64,000 nucleotides of DNA from Eledone cirrhosa (taxonomy: Eukaryota): NCBI GenBank assembly GCA_964016885.1, contig OZ024747.1, positions 21,948,001-22,012,000 of the forward strand. Reading direction: 5' to 3'. This document shows positions 55,200-64,000 of the stretch, one piece after another. Every line of letters starts with the position of its first letter. The first letter of the stretch is position 1. The notes below the pieces were generated by a model, which worked only from the letters and a program-made list of their open reading frames with translations, was not told where the DNA came from and did no database searches. A program made the position numbers and the translations under genes.

Positions 55200-55495
55200 T
55201 CAGAGAGTCACTCCAAGTAGAGCCGCTACGAATGTAGAGATCACAGCTCCGATACTACGGACATGTGGTTATAATGTCTCAGTAAAGACTCGCTGGACAG
55301 GTTTTACAGGCAACCGGCAGGAGGCCCAGGGATGGACCCCAAGCAAGATAGTTAAATAACATCCATGAGTTTGGCTGGTCACACTTGGGGAACCAGCCGG
55401 ATCAGTTGGAGACTGTTGCTTCTGACAGGATCCGTTTGAAGGAGTGTTTGAGGACTCTGCTCCCCACAACCCTCACAAGGAATAAGTGGGCGAAG
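55200..55495 (+). mobile_element. Degenerate RTE LINE 3' fragment
   Basis: Frameshifted TGRRPR...GWSHLG...VASDR motif. Confidence 0.5.
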
Positions 55496-55572
55496 CAGTT
55501 AACATTCTGTATCACACGAAACTCCATTAGCGAGACAATCTTGAAAGGTACAAAACATTATTACTCTAAAAC

Positions 55573-55782
55573 ATAATAATAATTGTTTCTACTTTTGGCA
55601 CAAGGCCAGCAATTACCCCGTGCATTACTGGTACTTTATTTTATCGACCCCGGATGGATGAAAGGCAAAGTTAATCCCGCCGAGGTTAACTTTGCCTTTC
55701 ATCCTTCCGGGGTCGATAGAATAAAGTACCAGTAATGCATTGGGTAATTGCTGGCCTTGTGCCAAAAGTAGAAACAATTATT
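55573..55782. mobile_element. Head-to-head SINE family 1 dimer within one 19-bp TSD
   Basis: Two 5'-truncated copies with 3' ends outward; attattactctaaaacata at 55557-55575 and 55777-55795. Confidence 0.85.
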
Positions 55783-55943
55783 ACTCTAAAACATATTTCC
55801 ATGACGACATGTCCAGTAGTAAAGTTACTACAAACATTTAAATTAACAAGCCTGTTTTTTTTTTTTCCTTTTCTGCTAAATTATTTACAGGTTGTTAAGG
55901 GTTGATAACATCGACAAGGGGCTATTGCCTGTCCTTCTCTGAT

Positions 55944-56046
55944 TCATCATCATCATCATCATCATCAGGTTTAGCATCCGTGTTCCACGCTTGCATGGGT
56001 TTGGACGGGGGTTTTCCCACTTGAGGCAAGAGTGGTTGTCTTGCTC
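55944..56046 (-). mobile_element. 3' end of the same RTE family as 58805-62546
   Basis: Near-identical to 58810-58910. Confidence 0.9.
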
Positions 56047-57091
56047 TGATTATGTGATTAAAATGATATATACACATACGCACATAAATATGCGTACGTG
56101 TGGCTATGTATTAGAAAATATGTATATACGGGTATTCTTGAAAAGATAAACCAAAATATTAGCACGCTTGTAAGTCTGTATGTGTGTACGTGTGTGTGTG
56201 TGTGTGTGCGTGTGCCCGCAAGCGTGTGTGTGTGTGTGAGCGCGTGAGTGTCGATACATATCTATATGCTTGTACGTAAGTATGATAACGCGAGCTTTGA
56301 TAACGGAAAGTTAAAGGAAAGTCTATATGAAACTGTGAAATGACAGGTCGTACAGGACACGTCAATACAAGAATTGGACACGCCCGTAGATAGGGCGTCT
56401 ACCCGATGATAAACATTGAGTATCTTACGGTGATGACAAATTTCAACATATCTATGTATAAGTGTGCATATGGATATGGATGTATGTATGTATGTATGCA
56501 CGTATTTTTGCATACATGCGTGCATGTATTATGTAAGTATGTATGTAGTTATGCACATATATTTATACTAAATGAGGGTGACGTCTTCTCCCTCTTTCTG
56601 TAACACACACACACTCACACACCCTTCCCCCTCTCTCTCTCTCAACAAATGACATTCCTTTTTTCTCTCTATCTATGTTCATATCTCTCGTTTGGCGCTC
56701 CCCCTCTCTGTATAAAGTGAACGTGACGGACGGACGGAGAGACAACGCTCTTTTTCTAATATATATTCTACATTATAGATATGTTTATAAGTATGTATGT
56801 TCCTGTATACAAATATACACACTACATTCATGTATATATACATAAGTGCACGTATATGCCTTTACAGTGTAATTTTAAGTAGTATGTGTGTATGCATGAA
56901 TGTATGTGGAAGGGAGGGGGAGAGAGAGAAGACGAGAGAGAAAGAGGATTGAAAGAGAATGAAGGGTGAGAAAGAGAGGAAGAGAGAGAAGAAGAGCAAG
57001 AATGAGAGATAACAGTGTGAGCTTTTGTGGATGACCTCAGCAAAAAAAACAAAAACATACATAAACACACACACATATATATTTGAGTGTG

Positions 57092-57129
<38 letters not shown>

Positions 57130-57132
<3 letters not shown>

Positions 57133-57282
57133 CGAAGGAAATGTGGTAAGGAACCAGATGGACCATAACACACCAAAGTGCTCAAAACTTAGGGTAGTAG
57201 AGTGGGTAATAGGAACGAGGATTTTTAGTCCAGAATTAGCCGTCGAAACGGCTTGAGCTCAGCCGTCGGGGTCCTACTCGTT

Positions 57283-57286
<4 letters not shown>
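57130..57286 (-). mobile_element. Penelope-like inverted+tail insertion, family A copy 3
   Basis: Same two termini (ccttcgtta / tcgttccta) as copy 2 with a different internal breakpoint; (TA)n flanks. Confidence 0.7.
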
Positions 57287-57340
<54 letters not shown>

Positions 57341-57344
<4 letters not shown>

Positions 57345-58016
57345 AGTTAATATATATTAATATATGATAAACACATACGTGTTTGTATTGTAAGAGACAA
57401 TGTTAGCTAGAATGAAATAAACTAATTAAAATGAATACAATTTGTCTGTCTCGATATAAGTCAATAAAGACAATCTTATATTGGCAAAAGCCGTGATTCC
57501 TGGACAAATTTAAATTTCAAAATCCAAACCTGCTCCGTAGATGAATTTGAACTTCGAAACCTAAGTATGTTTCGCAACGATGGTATAAAAATTGAAATAT
57601 AAAAAAATTGAAATATAAAAAGTGAAATATTCAAATCTTCTGTGCTTATCAACAGGAATCCAGTAAAATTAGTACATTTCACCTCCAAAAATTTTGCAGG
57701 ACTGATTCACACGAGGTATAACCAGCTATACTAGCCATCCATACTCCCGGTGCTAGAAATAACAGCCGTTTATATGGGATTAAAAGGAATCACGGCTTTT
57801 GCCAATATAAGATTGTCTTTATTGACTTATATCGAGACAGACAAATTGTATTCATTTTAATTAGTTTATTTCATTCTAGCTAACTTTGTCTCTTACAATA
57901 CAAACACGTATGTGTTTATCATATATTAATATATATTAACTTGTATTTCTCTGCTAAGAAATGCTTCTTTCTTTGAGCTGATTAATTGTAAATGACTTTG
58001 AGTTTAAACTCTAAAT
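57341..58016 (+). mobile_element. Penelope-like inverted+tail insertion, family G
   Basis: About 160-bp inverted repeats 57341-57501 and 57785-57945, ~70-nt tail, TA flanks. Confidence 0.65.
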
Positions 58017-58019
58017 ATA

Positions 58020-58065
<46 letters not shown>

Positions 58066-58141
58066 GAAAAATTGAACAGGGACAGAACAGAGAGGCAGTA
58101 CGATAAATGTTTATTAAATTCACGCTCAGGAGAGTGGGGGG

Positions 58142-58175
<34 letters not shown>

Positions 58176-58261
58176 TATACATGCCTCAGCCGGATGGCTG
58201 GAACAGGTAAAAGAGTAAAAGCTTAAATCTCATATATATATACATATATGAGATTTAGGCT

Positions 58262-58465
58262 TTGGCTGATTAGCAAGTATGAAGAGCAGATGAAACTGGA
58301 ATCGGATCTGTAGCATTAATATAGATCCTGAACTACCCATCTGTGAAACGATCGTAACTATGTAAAATCAATAAAGACCTTAATGTGAAACCTCACTTTA
58401 TTTTCAACACATACACTCTACGTTAGCATAGAGTGCTGATTTTGGTACCCGCCTCAGTAATCTAC

Positions 58466-58467
<2 letters not shown>
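58262..58467 (+). mobile_element. PLE-type terminal fragment with decayed hammerhead
   Basis: agt ATGAAGA gcagatg...catctgt GAA ac-gatc-gt A act, then AATAAA and tail into (TA)n. Confidence 0.5.
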
Positions 58468-58501
<34 letters not shown>

Positions 58502-58598
58502 GCTTAAATAGATCTTCTGATAATAGAGAATACGTGCCTTGGTCAACAAAGGCTATGAAAGAATTAGTTGCTTGAAAATCCAACTAATACCGTATATT

Positions 58599-58694
<96 letters not shown>

Positions 58695-58696
<2 letters not shown>

Positions 58697-58800
58697 CACC
58701 TTGATCACCTTGATCACCTTGACCGACCAGTCTGTCGGGCACCATACGGCACCGCTGGCACAGCACGTGCTGTTTTAGCCATACGATGACGCCATCGCCA
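58695..58800 (-). mobile_element. 3' end of another LINE family, (caaggtgat)n tail
   Basis: atcaccttg x3 next to GC-rich unique sequence. Confidence 0.45.
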
Positions 58801-58803
58801 TAT

Positions 58804-61800
58804 ATCATCATCATCATCATCATCATCATCAGGTTTAGCGTCCGTGTTCCACGCTTGCATGGGTTTGGACGGGGGTTTTCCCACTTGAGGCAAGAGTGGT
58901 TATCTTGCTCGCATAGGACTGTCTGGCGGGTTTTCTACAGTTGGATGCCCTTCCTAACACCAACCACATTTACAGTGTGGGGCTGGGAGGTTTTTACCGT
59001 GTTGCCTACACGGCCACATTACAGCGTGGACTGTCTGGCGGGTTTTCTACAGCTGGATGCCCTTCCTAACACCAACCACATTTACAGTGTGGGGCTGGGA
59101 GGTTTTTACCGTGTTGCCTACACGGCCACATTTACAGCGTGGACTGTGTGTTTTTTGTCGTGACACCTACACGATCTCATTTGTTTCGGCCTGGATGTTG
59201 TGGGACCAACATAACTTTACATTGAAAGGGGCGGTGTGGAGGTGGTGGGACGGGGGTGTGTTTTGATAGAGGTGCCTACTGACTGTAGTAGGTTTTTACT
59301 TTGTATTTAGGTAAGGCGGGTCTTCTCTATTACTGAGTACCGCCAAAGGTCTCGGTCCAGTGACATTGTCTTGGAGAGGTGTAAGCGTGTGAGGTCGGAA
59401 TTTATCAGCTCGTCCCATGTTTTTCTGGGTCTGCCTACTCCGTGGCTACCGTCTATCTTTATTGCCCTGCACTTTGTTATACAGCTGTCGTCTTTCATGC
59501 GCATCACGTGACCGTACCAACGTAGCCTTCTCTCGAGTAAACAACATCTGATCCCTCTTATTTCTAATTTTTTTCTTAGTTCGTTTATGCTTTGCCGTTC
59601 ACGTATATTACTATTGCACATCCAGCGGAGCATGCAAGCTTCGTTCCTCTCTAGTCTGCGTATATCCTCTGCACACAATGTCCAGGTCTCACTGCCATGC
59701 AGCATTGCTGTTCGTATGCAGGCATCGTATAACCTGCCTTTCATTTTTAGGGAGAACCCTCTAGCGGCTAATAGTGGTATAAGCTCTCTGAACTTTTTCC
59801 ATCCAGTTCTGACTCTAGCTACTGTACTTTCAGAGCACCCTCCCCCACTGCTGATTTTGTCACCCAGATAACGGAAGCTGTCCACTATTTCTATAGAACC
59901 CTCTGCGCAGTTGAAGGAGCTAGTATTTTGTGGGCACTTGCTGCTACTTATTGCACCAGAGCACCGGCCACATGTAAAATCTATGTTCTTAGTTAGCTTA
60001 CCTGTGATCCCACTACATCTTTTATGCACCCATACTTTGCATTTGGGACATAAAATGGAGTTTCTACCTACGCCTTTCCTACACACTGAGCATGGCCATT
60101 TCCCCGATGGGACCGCCGCCTTATTTTCTTTCCTACAAACTAGAACTTTAGTCTTAGCCAGGTTAATTTTAAGGCCTTTTGATTCTAGGCCGTGCTTCCA
60201 CGTTTGGAATTTCTTCTCTAGTTCGGTCATTGATTCAGCTATGAGCGTTAGATCATCTGCGTATAGGAGTTCCCATGGGCAGCCGGTCTTGAACTCCTCT
60301 GTTATAGCCTGAAGGGCAATAATAAATAGTAGGGGGCTAAGTACAGAGCCCTGATGGACACCAACTTTTACGCTAAACTCTTCACTATATTCGTTGTTAA
60401 TTCTAACCTTACTGACTGTTTCTTTATACATGGCTTGTATAGCTCTCACAAGCCATTCGTCAACACCTAGTTTTCTAAGAGACCACCAGATAATGGAACG
60501 GGGGACTCTGTCGAAGGCTTTCTCCAAGTCTACAAAAGCTAAGTATAGGGGTTTACTTTTAGCTAGGTACTTCTCCTGTAGTTGTCGTACAATGAAAAGA
60601 GCGTCTGTGGTACTTTTGCCTGACACAAACCCGAACTGCATTTCATCTAGATCAATTCTCTCTCTGATTAGTTGCGCTATTACTTTTTCCGTGACCTTCA
60701 TGACCTGGTCGATTAATTTAATGCCTCTATAGTTACTCCTATCTAGGGCATCTCCTTTTCCCTTATAGCAGTTAACGATGATGCTGCTACGCCATTCCTT
60801 CGGAACAACCCCATTCTGTACGACTTGGTTAACTATCCGGGTGACCATGGTGTGTCCCACCGAACCAGATGCCTTCAGCATCTCAGCAACTATTTCCGAA
60901 GGCCCAGCCGCCTTACCCGTCTTCATATCTTTGATTGCCTTACTTATTATACTACCTTCAACTAACACTGCTGGTCCCTCTATTGGATCGATCTGGGGGA
61001 GACTGTCTTTCTCCCATTTGTTCTCCTCATTTAGAAGCCTTTCGTAGTGACACTTCCAAGCTACCTTCTTATCAGCGTCGGTGATGGCAAGTATGCCATC
61101 ATCGTTAAGTACACACTTCTCCCCGACAATATCACGGTTTTCCTTGACACATTGCCTGGCAATCCTGAACACCTCACGTTTTTGGTCCTCACGTTGTAGA
61201 ACATGCTTGAACTTTCTTTCCTCTGCTTCCCTTCTTGCGAAGTACACTTGTCTCCTAGCTTCCCTCCTGGCCACTTGATAGTCTTCTCTACTTCCCCCAT
61301 CCCGCCATACTTTCCAAGCCTGCTTTTTGGCCTTAATTGACTCCTCCACCTTACTGTTCCACCACCATGTTACTCTCCTCCTACCTACAGGCCTGCTCCA
61401 GCCACAGACTTCGTCTGCCGCCGTCAGCAGGTTTGCTCTCAGGAATTCCCACTGTTCCTCTATATTATACGACTCTAATTGCTCTTCCTTACTGTCGAAA
61501 GCGTCAAGTAATTTGCTTTGAAATTTATTTCTGGCTATGGGGTCCTTTAGCTTCCATATTTTTCTCCTGAGGATAGTCCTCTTTCGCTGTCTAGTACGTC
61601 TCGTCCTGACTATGAGGTCGCTAATTATCAGTCTATGTTGGGAGGTGAATTCTTCATGGGGGTGGGATTTAGTGTTAACAACAGACACTCTGTCACGTCT
61701 TCTGGTAAGGATATAATCTACCTGGCTTGTGTGTTCCCCCGATCTATAGGTGATCAAGTGATTGTCTCGTTTTTTGAAGTTAGTGTTACAGATAGTTAAG

Positions 61801-62550
61801 TTATTTGCGTCGCAGAATTCCAGGATTCTGGAGCCTTCCTCATTTCTAGTACCGAACCCATAGCCTCCATGGATTCCGTCATAGCCGTCACAATGTTGTC
61901 CAACGTGACCATTTAGGTCGCCTGCAATAACTATATAGTCACTGTCGGTTATTTGGGAGGTAGCGAGCATCAGTGTCTCGTAGAATCTGTCTTTTATAGC
62001 GCGGGGCAGTCCGGATTGGGGTGCGTACGCAGATATTACTGTCACCGTAGTTATATTGAGGACAAGTCTTATTTTAATTATTCTGTCGTTCACTCTATTT
62101 ACGTCTATTATCTTATCTGCCCACTTTTCTGCTACCATGATTCCTACCCCACCCAACCCATTGTCATTTCCCACCCAGAAAAGCTTATAGCATCGCTCTT
62201 TACCCACGATGAATCTAGCCGACCCTCCCCTCCACCTGGTCTCTTGAATACAACAAACATCGACCTCCTTACGTTCAAGCATTTCTACAACCTCGTTAGA
62301 GCGACCCTTTAAGGTGCCTACATTCATGGTACCGACTCTGAAGTTTTGGATTGCGTTTGGAGGGTGGGAGCGGTGGGGCGCGGGGGGGGGGGGGGATGGG
62401 GTTATGTTAGCCATCCTGGGCCGAAACAAGGAGGAGTGCTTGCATTCTCGTCCACGAGGTGAATTTGGCTTTATCTTTGGCATTGTCGCTGAGCGTCCAC
62501 ATTTTTCTCTCTTCAACTCTCCAGAATTCCGTAGTCCATCCATCATATCG
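58804..62550 (-). mobile_element. Near full-length RTE-clade LINE
   Basis: Single ORF, ~500-nt 3' UTR with a 112-bp tandem duplication (58917-59143), (GAT)n tail. Confidence 0.95.
59307..62546 (-). CDS. RTE LINE polyprotein: AP endonuclease + reverse transcriptase with PHD-like Cys/His insert (~1079 aa; true start may be a later Met)
   Basis: APE motifs GTMNVGT, IQETRW, SAYAPQ, GDLNGH, SQVDY, SQHRL; RT motifs [39 protein letters not shown]; no stops. Confidence 0.95.
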   Translation of the reverse strand: MMDGLRNSGELKREKCGRSATMPKIKPNSPRGRECKHSSLFRPRMANITPSPPPPAPHRSHPPNAIQNFRVGTMNVGTLKGRSNEVVEMLERKEVDVCCIQETRWRGGSARFIVGKERCYKLFWVGNDNGLGGVGIMVAEKWADKIIDVNRVNDRIIKIRLVLNITTVTVISAYAPQSGLPRAIKDRFYETLMLATSQITDSDYIVIAGDLNGHVGQHCDGYDGIHGGYGFGTRNEEGSRILEFCDANNLTICNTNFKKRDNHLITYRSGEHTSQVDYILTRRRDRVSVVNTKSHPHEEFTSQHRLIISDLIVRTRRTRQRKRTILRRKIWKLKDPIARNKFQSKLLDAFDSKEEQLESYNIEEQWEFLRANLLTAADEVCGWSRPVGRRRVTWWWNSKVEESIKAKKQAWKVWRDGGSREDYQVARREARRQVYFARREAEERKFKHVLQREDQKREVFRIARQCVKENRDIVGEKCVLNDDGILAITDADKKVAWKCHYERLLNEENKWEKDSLPQIDPIEGPAVLVEGSIISKAIKDMKTGKAAGPSEIVAEMLKASGSVGHTMVTRIVNQVVQNGVVPKEWRSSIIVNCYKGKGDALDRSNYRGIKLIDQVMKVTEKVIAQLIRERIDLDEMQFGFVSGKSTTDALFIVRQLQEKYLAKSKPLYLAFVDLEKAFDRVPRSIIWWSLRKLGVDEWLVRAIQAMYKETVSKVRINNEYSEEFSVKVGVHQGSVLSPLLFIIALQAITEEFKTGCPWELLYADDLTLIAESMTELEKKFQTWKHGLESKGLKINLAKTKVLVCRKENKAAVPSGKWPCSVCRKGVGRNSILCPKCKVWVHKRCSGITGKLTKNIDFTCGRCSGAISSSKCPQNTSSFNCAEGSIEIVDSFRYLGDKISSGGGCSESTVARVRTGWKKFRELIPLLAARGFSLKMKGRLYDACIRTAMLHGSETWTLCAEDIRRLERNEACMLRWMCNSNIRERQSINELRKKLEIRGIRCCLLERRLRWYGHVMRMKDDSCITKCRAIKIDGSHGVGRPRKTWDELINSDLTRLHLSKTMSLDRDLWRYSVIEKTRLT

Positions 62551-62576
62551 AATATGTATGTATATATATGTATATA

Positions 62577-62766
<190 letters not shown>

Positions 62767-62780
62767 GTTTTTAATCTCAT

Positions 62781-62888
62781 TGCTGACAATTGTTTCTCTG
62801 AACTGGTATGTCTAGAGATTGCTATTCGCTTGTTTTCACGTTACTCGATCGCCAATACAAAATTATAACCAGTCAGTTCTTCGGAGCA
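62781..62888 (-). ncRNA. Type I hammerhead variant (CCGAAGA core, long stem II insert)
   Basis: tgct CCGAAGA a-ctgactggt...accagttcag-a GAA ac-aatt-gt C agca; GUC triplet. Confidence 0.65.
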
Positions 62889-63017
62889 TGCGAGAATGAA
62901 GAGAATATACAGGCATGAATGGAATATACAGGCTACTATATGAAGTAGTAATGGCATTCAGTTAGAACAATATATATACAAATACATATATATACAAATA
63001 CATATATATACAAATAC

Positions 63018-63064
<47 letters not shown>

Positions 63065-63076
63065 ATAACAAGGTAT

Positions 63077-63189
63077 CAGTATTCCGACGATTTGGTCGGG
63101 TATCGACTGTAATTAAGGTCGAGGGACGTAGCTTGTAACGATCAACGACTATTAGACTCACCCGACTAAAGAAACAATTGTTAATACTG
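63077..63189 (+). ncRNA. Type I hammerhead variant (CCGACGA core, long stem II insert)
   Basis: cagtatt CCGACGA tttggtcgggt...acccgactaaa GAA ac-aatt-gt T aatactg; 7-bp stem I, 11-bp stem II; AATAAA just downstream. Confidence 0.75.
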
Positions 63190-63266
63190 TAAATAAACCC
63201 TATTGTACAGCCGACCATGTTATTTTTCATCTTTTTGCTACACACACACACACACGCACACGCACA

Positions 63267-63305
<39 letters not shown>

Positions 63306-63349
63306 GCGCGCGCTCACACACATATATATATGAGCGTGCGCGTATGTGT

Positions 63350-63414
<65 letters not shown>

Positions 63415-64000
63415 CACTTTGATAATCTATTCAATACAAAAGCTGCGTATATGACAAGCGTTGCGGTATATTTAGTGAACCTCAGTTCAATGTTTGGGTC
63501 AGCGTATCTACTTATACTTTGGTTCAAGCCGAATGAGCATGATCTGTATGTATGTATGTATGTATGTATGTATGTATGTATGTATGTATGTATGTATGTA
63601 TGTATGTATGTATGTATATGTATCTATCTATCTAACTATCTGTCTGTCTGTCTCCCCACTCTCTCTCTTTATATATATACTGTATATATATATATATATA
63701 GACAAACATTTGAACTTTCTGAGAAAGTGTACACTCCATTGACATAGAGGTATGGCTATATCTATGACCCAATCTAATGATAACTATACGTGTCAGCTTT
63801 ATTTCATCTCAGGTATTTGATTTTCTATCTTTAATAGATTAAAACAATGCAACAGTGTGCAAATAAAATATACCACATTATCATAAACAACAAAGCAATA
63901 TAAGAAGACATTGAAAGTATGACTCAAATGAAATCTATTTTCCAGGCCAATACTAAGGATTTCATTTTTTTCTACGTTACGCAGACGATCTGACATGTTA

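Noticed and set aside
57341-57945. Classical MITE reading of the 160-bp inverted repeats
   Set aside because: A 70-nt extension beyond one repeat before the TA tract fits the inverted+tail class better; not fully excluded.

Overview
AT-rich, microsatellite-saturated animal DNA with no confidently identifiable host gene. The SINE/LINE repertoire suggests a cephalopod, probably Octopus (inference). Conventional content: one intact RTE-clade LINE ORF (APE+RT with a PHD-like Cys/His insert; 59307-62546, minus), several RTE, R4/Dong-like and L1/Tx1-like 3' fragments, about 25 tRNA-derived SINEs, a hAT MITE with an 8-bp TSD, a mariner-type 80-bp MITE, a probable LTR plus PBS, minisatellites and a 200-N gap. 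The main signal is a hammerhead-ribozyme (HHR) retro-system sitting in (TA)n tracts. (1) A 4.7-kb array of about 10 near-identical 470-bp non-coding units each carries a minimal type I hammerhead; the array is two head-to-head arms whose junction lies at the ribozyme cleavage site. (2) A related 446-bp HHR unit at 20.5-21.3 kb has the same layout. (3) About ten short insertions from seven other families share the 'inverted copy + 50-125-nt tail, both 3' ends outward' layout typical of Penelope-like elements. (4) Several stand-alone hammerheads occur, three with a CCGANGA core and an enlarged stem II. All folds were read by eye; none was computed or tested.
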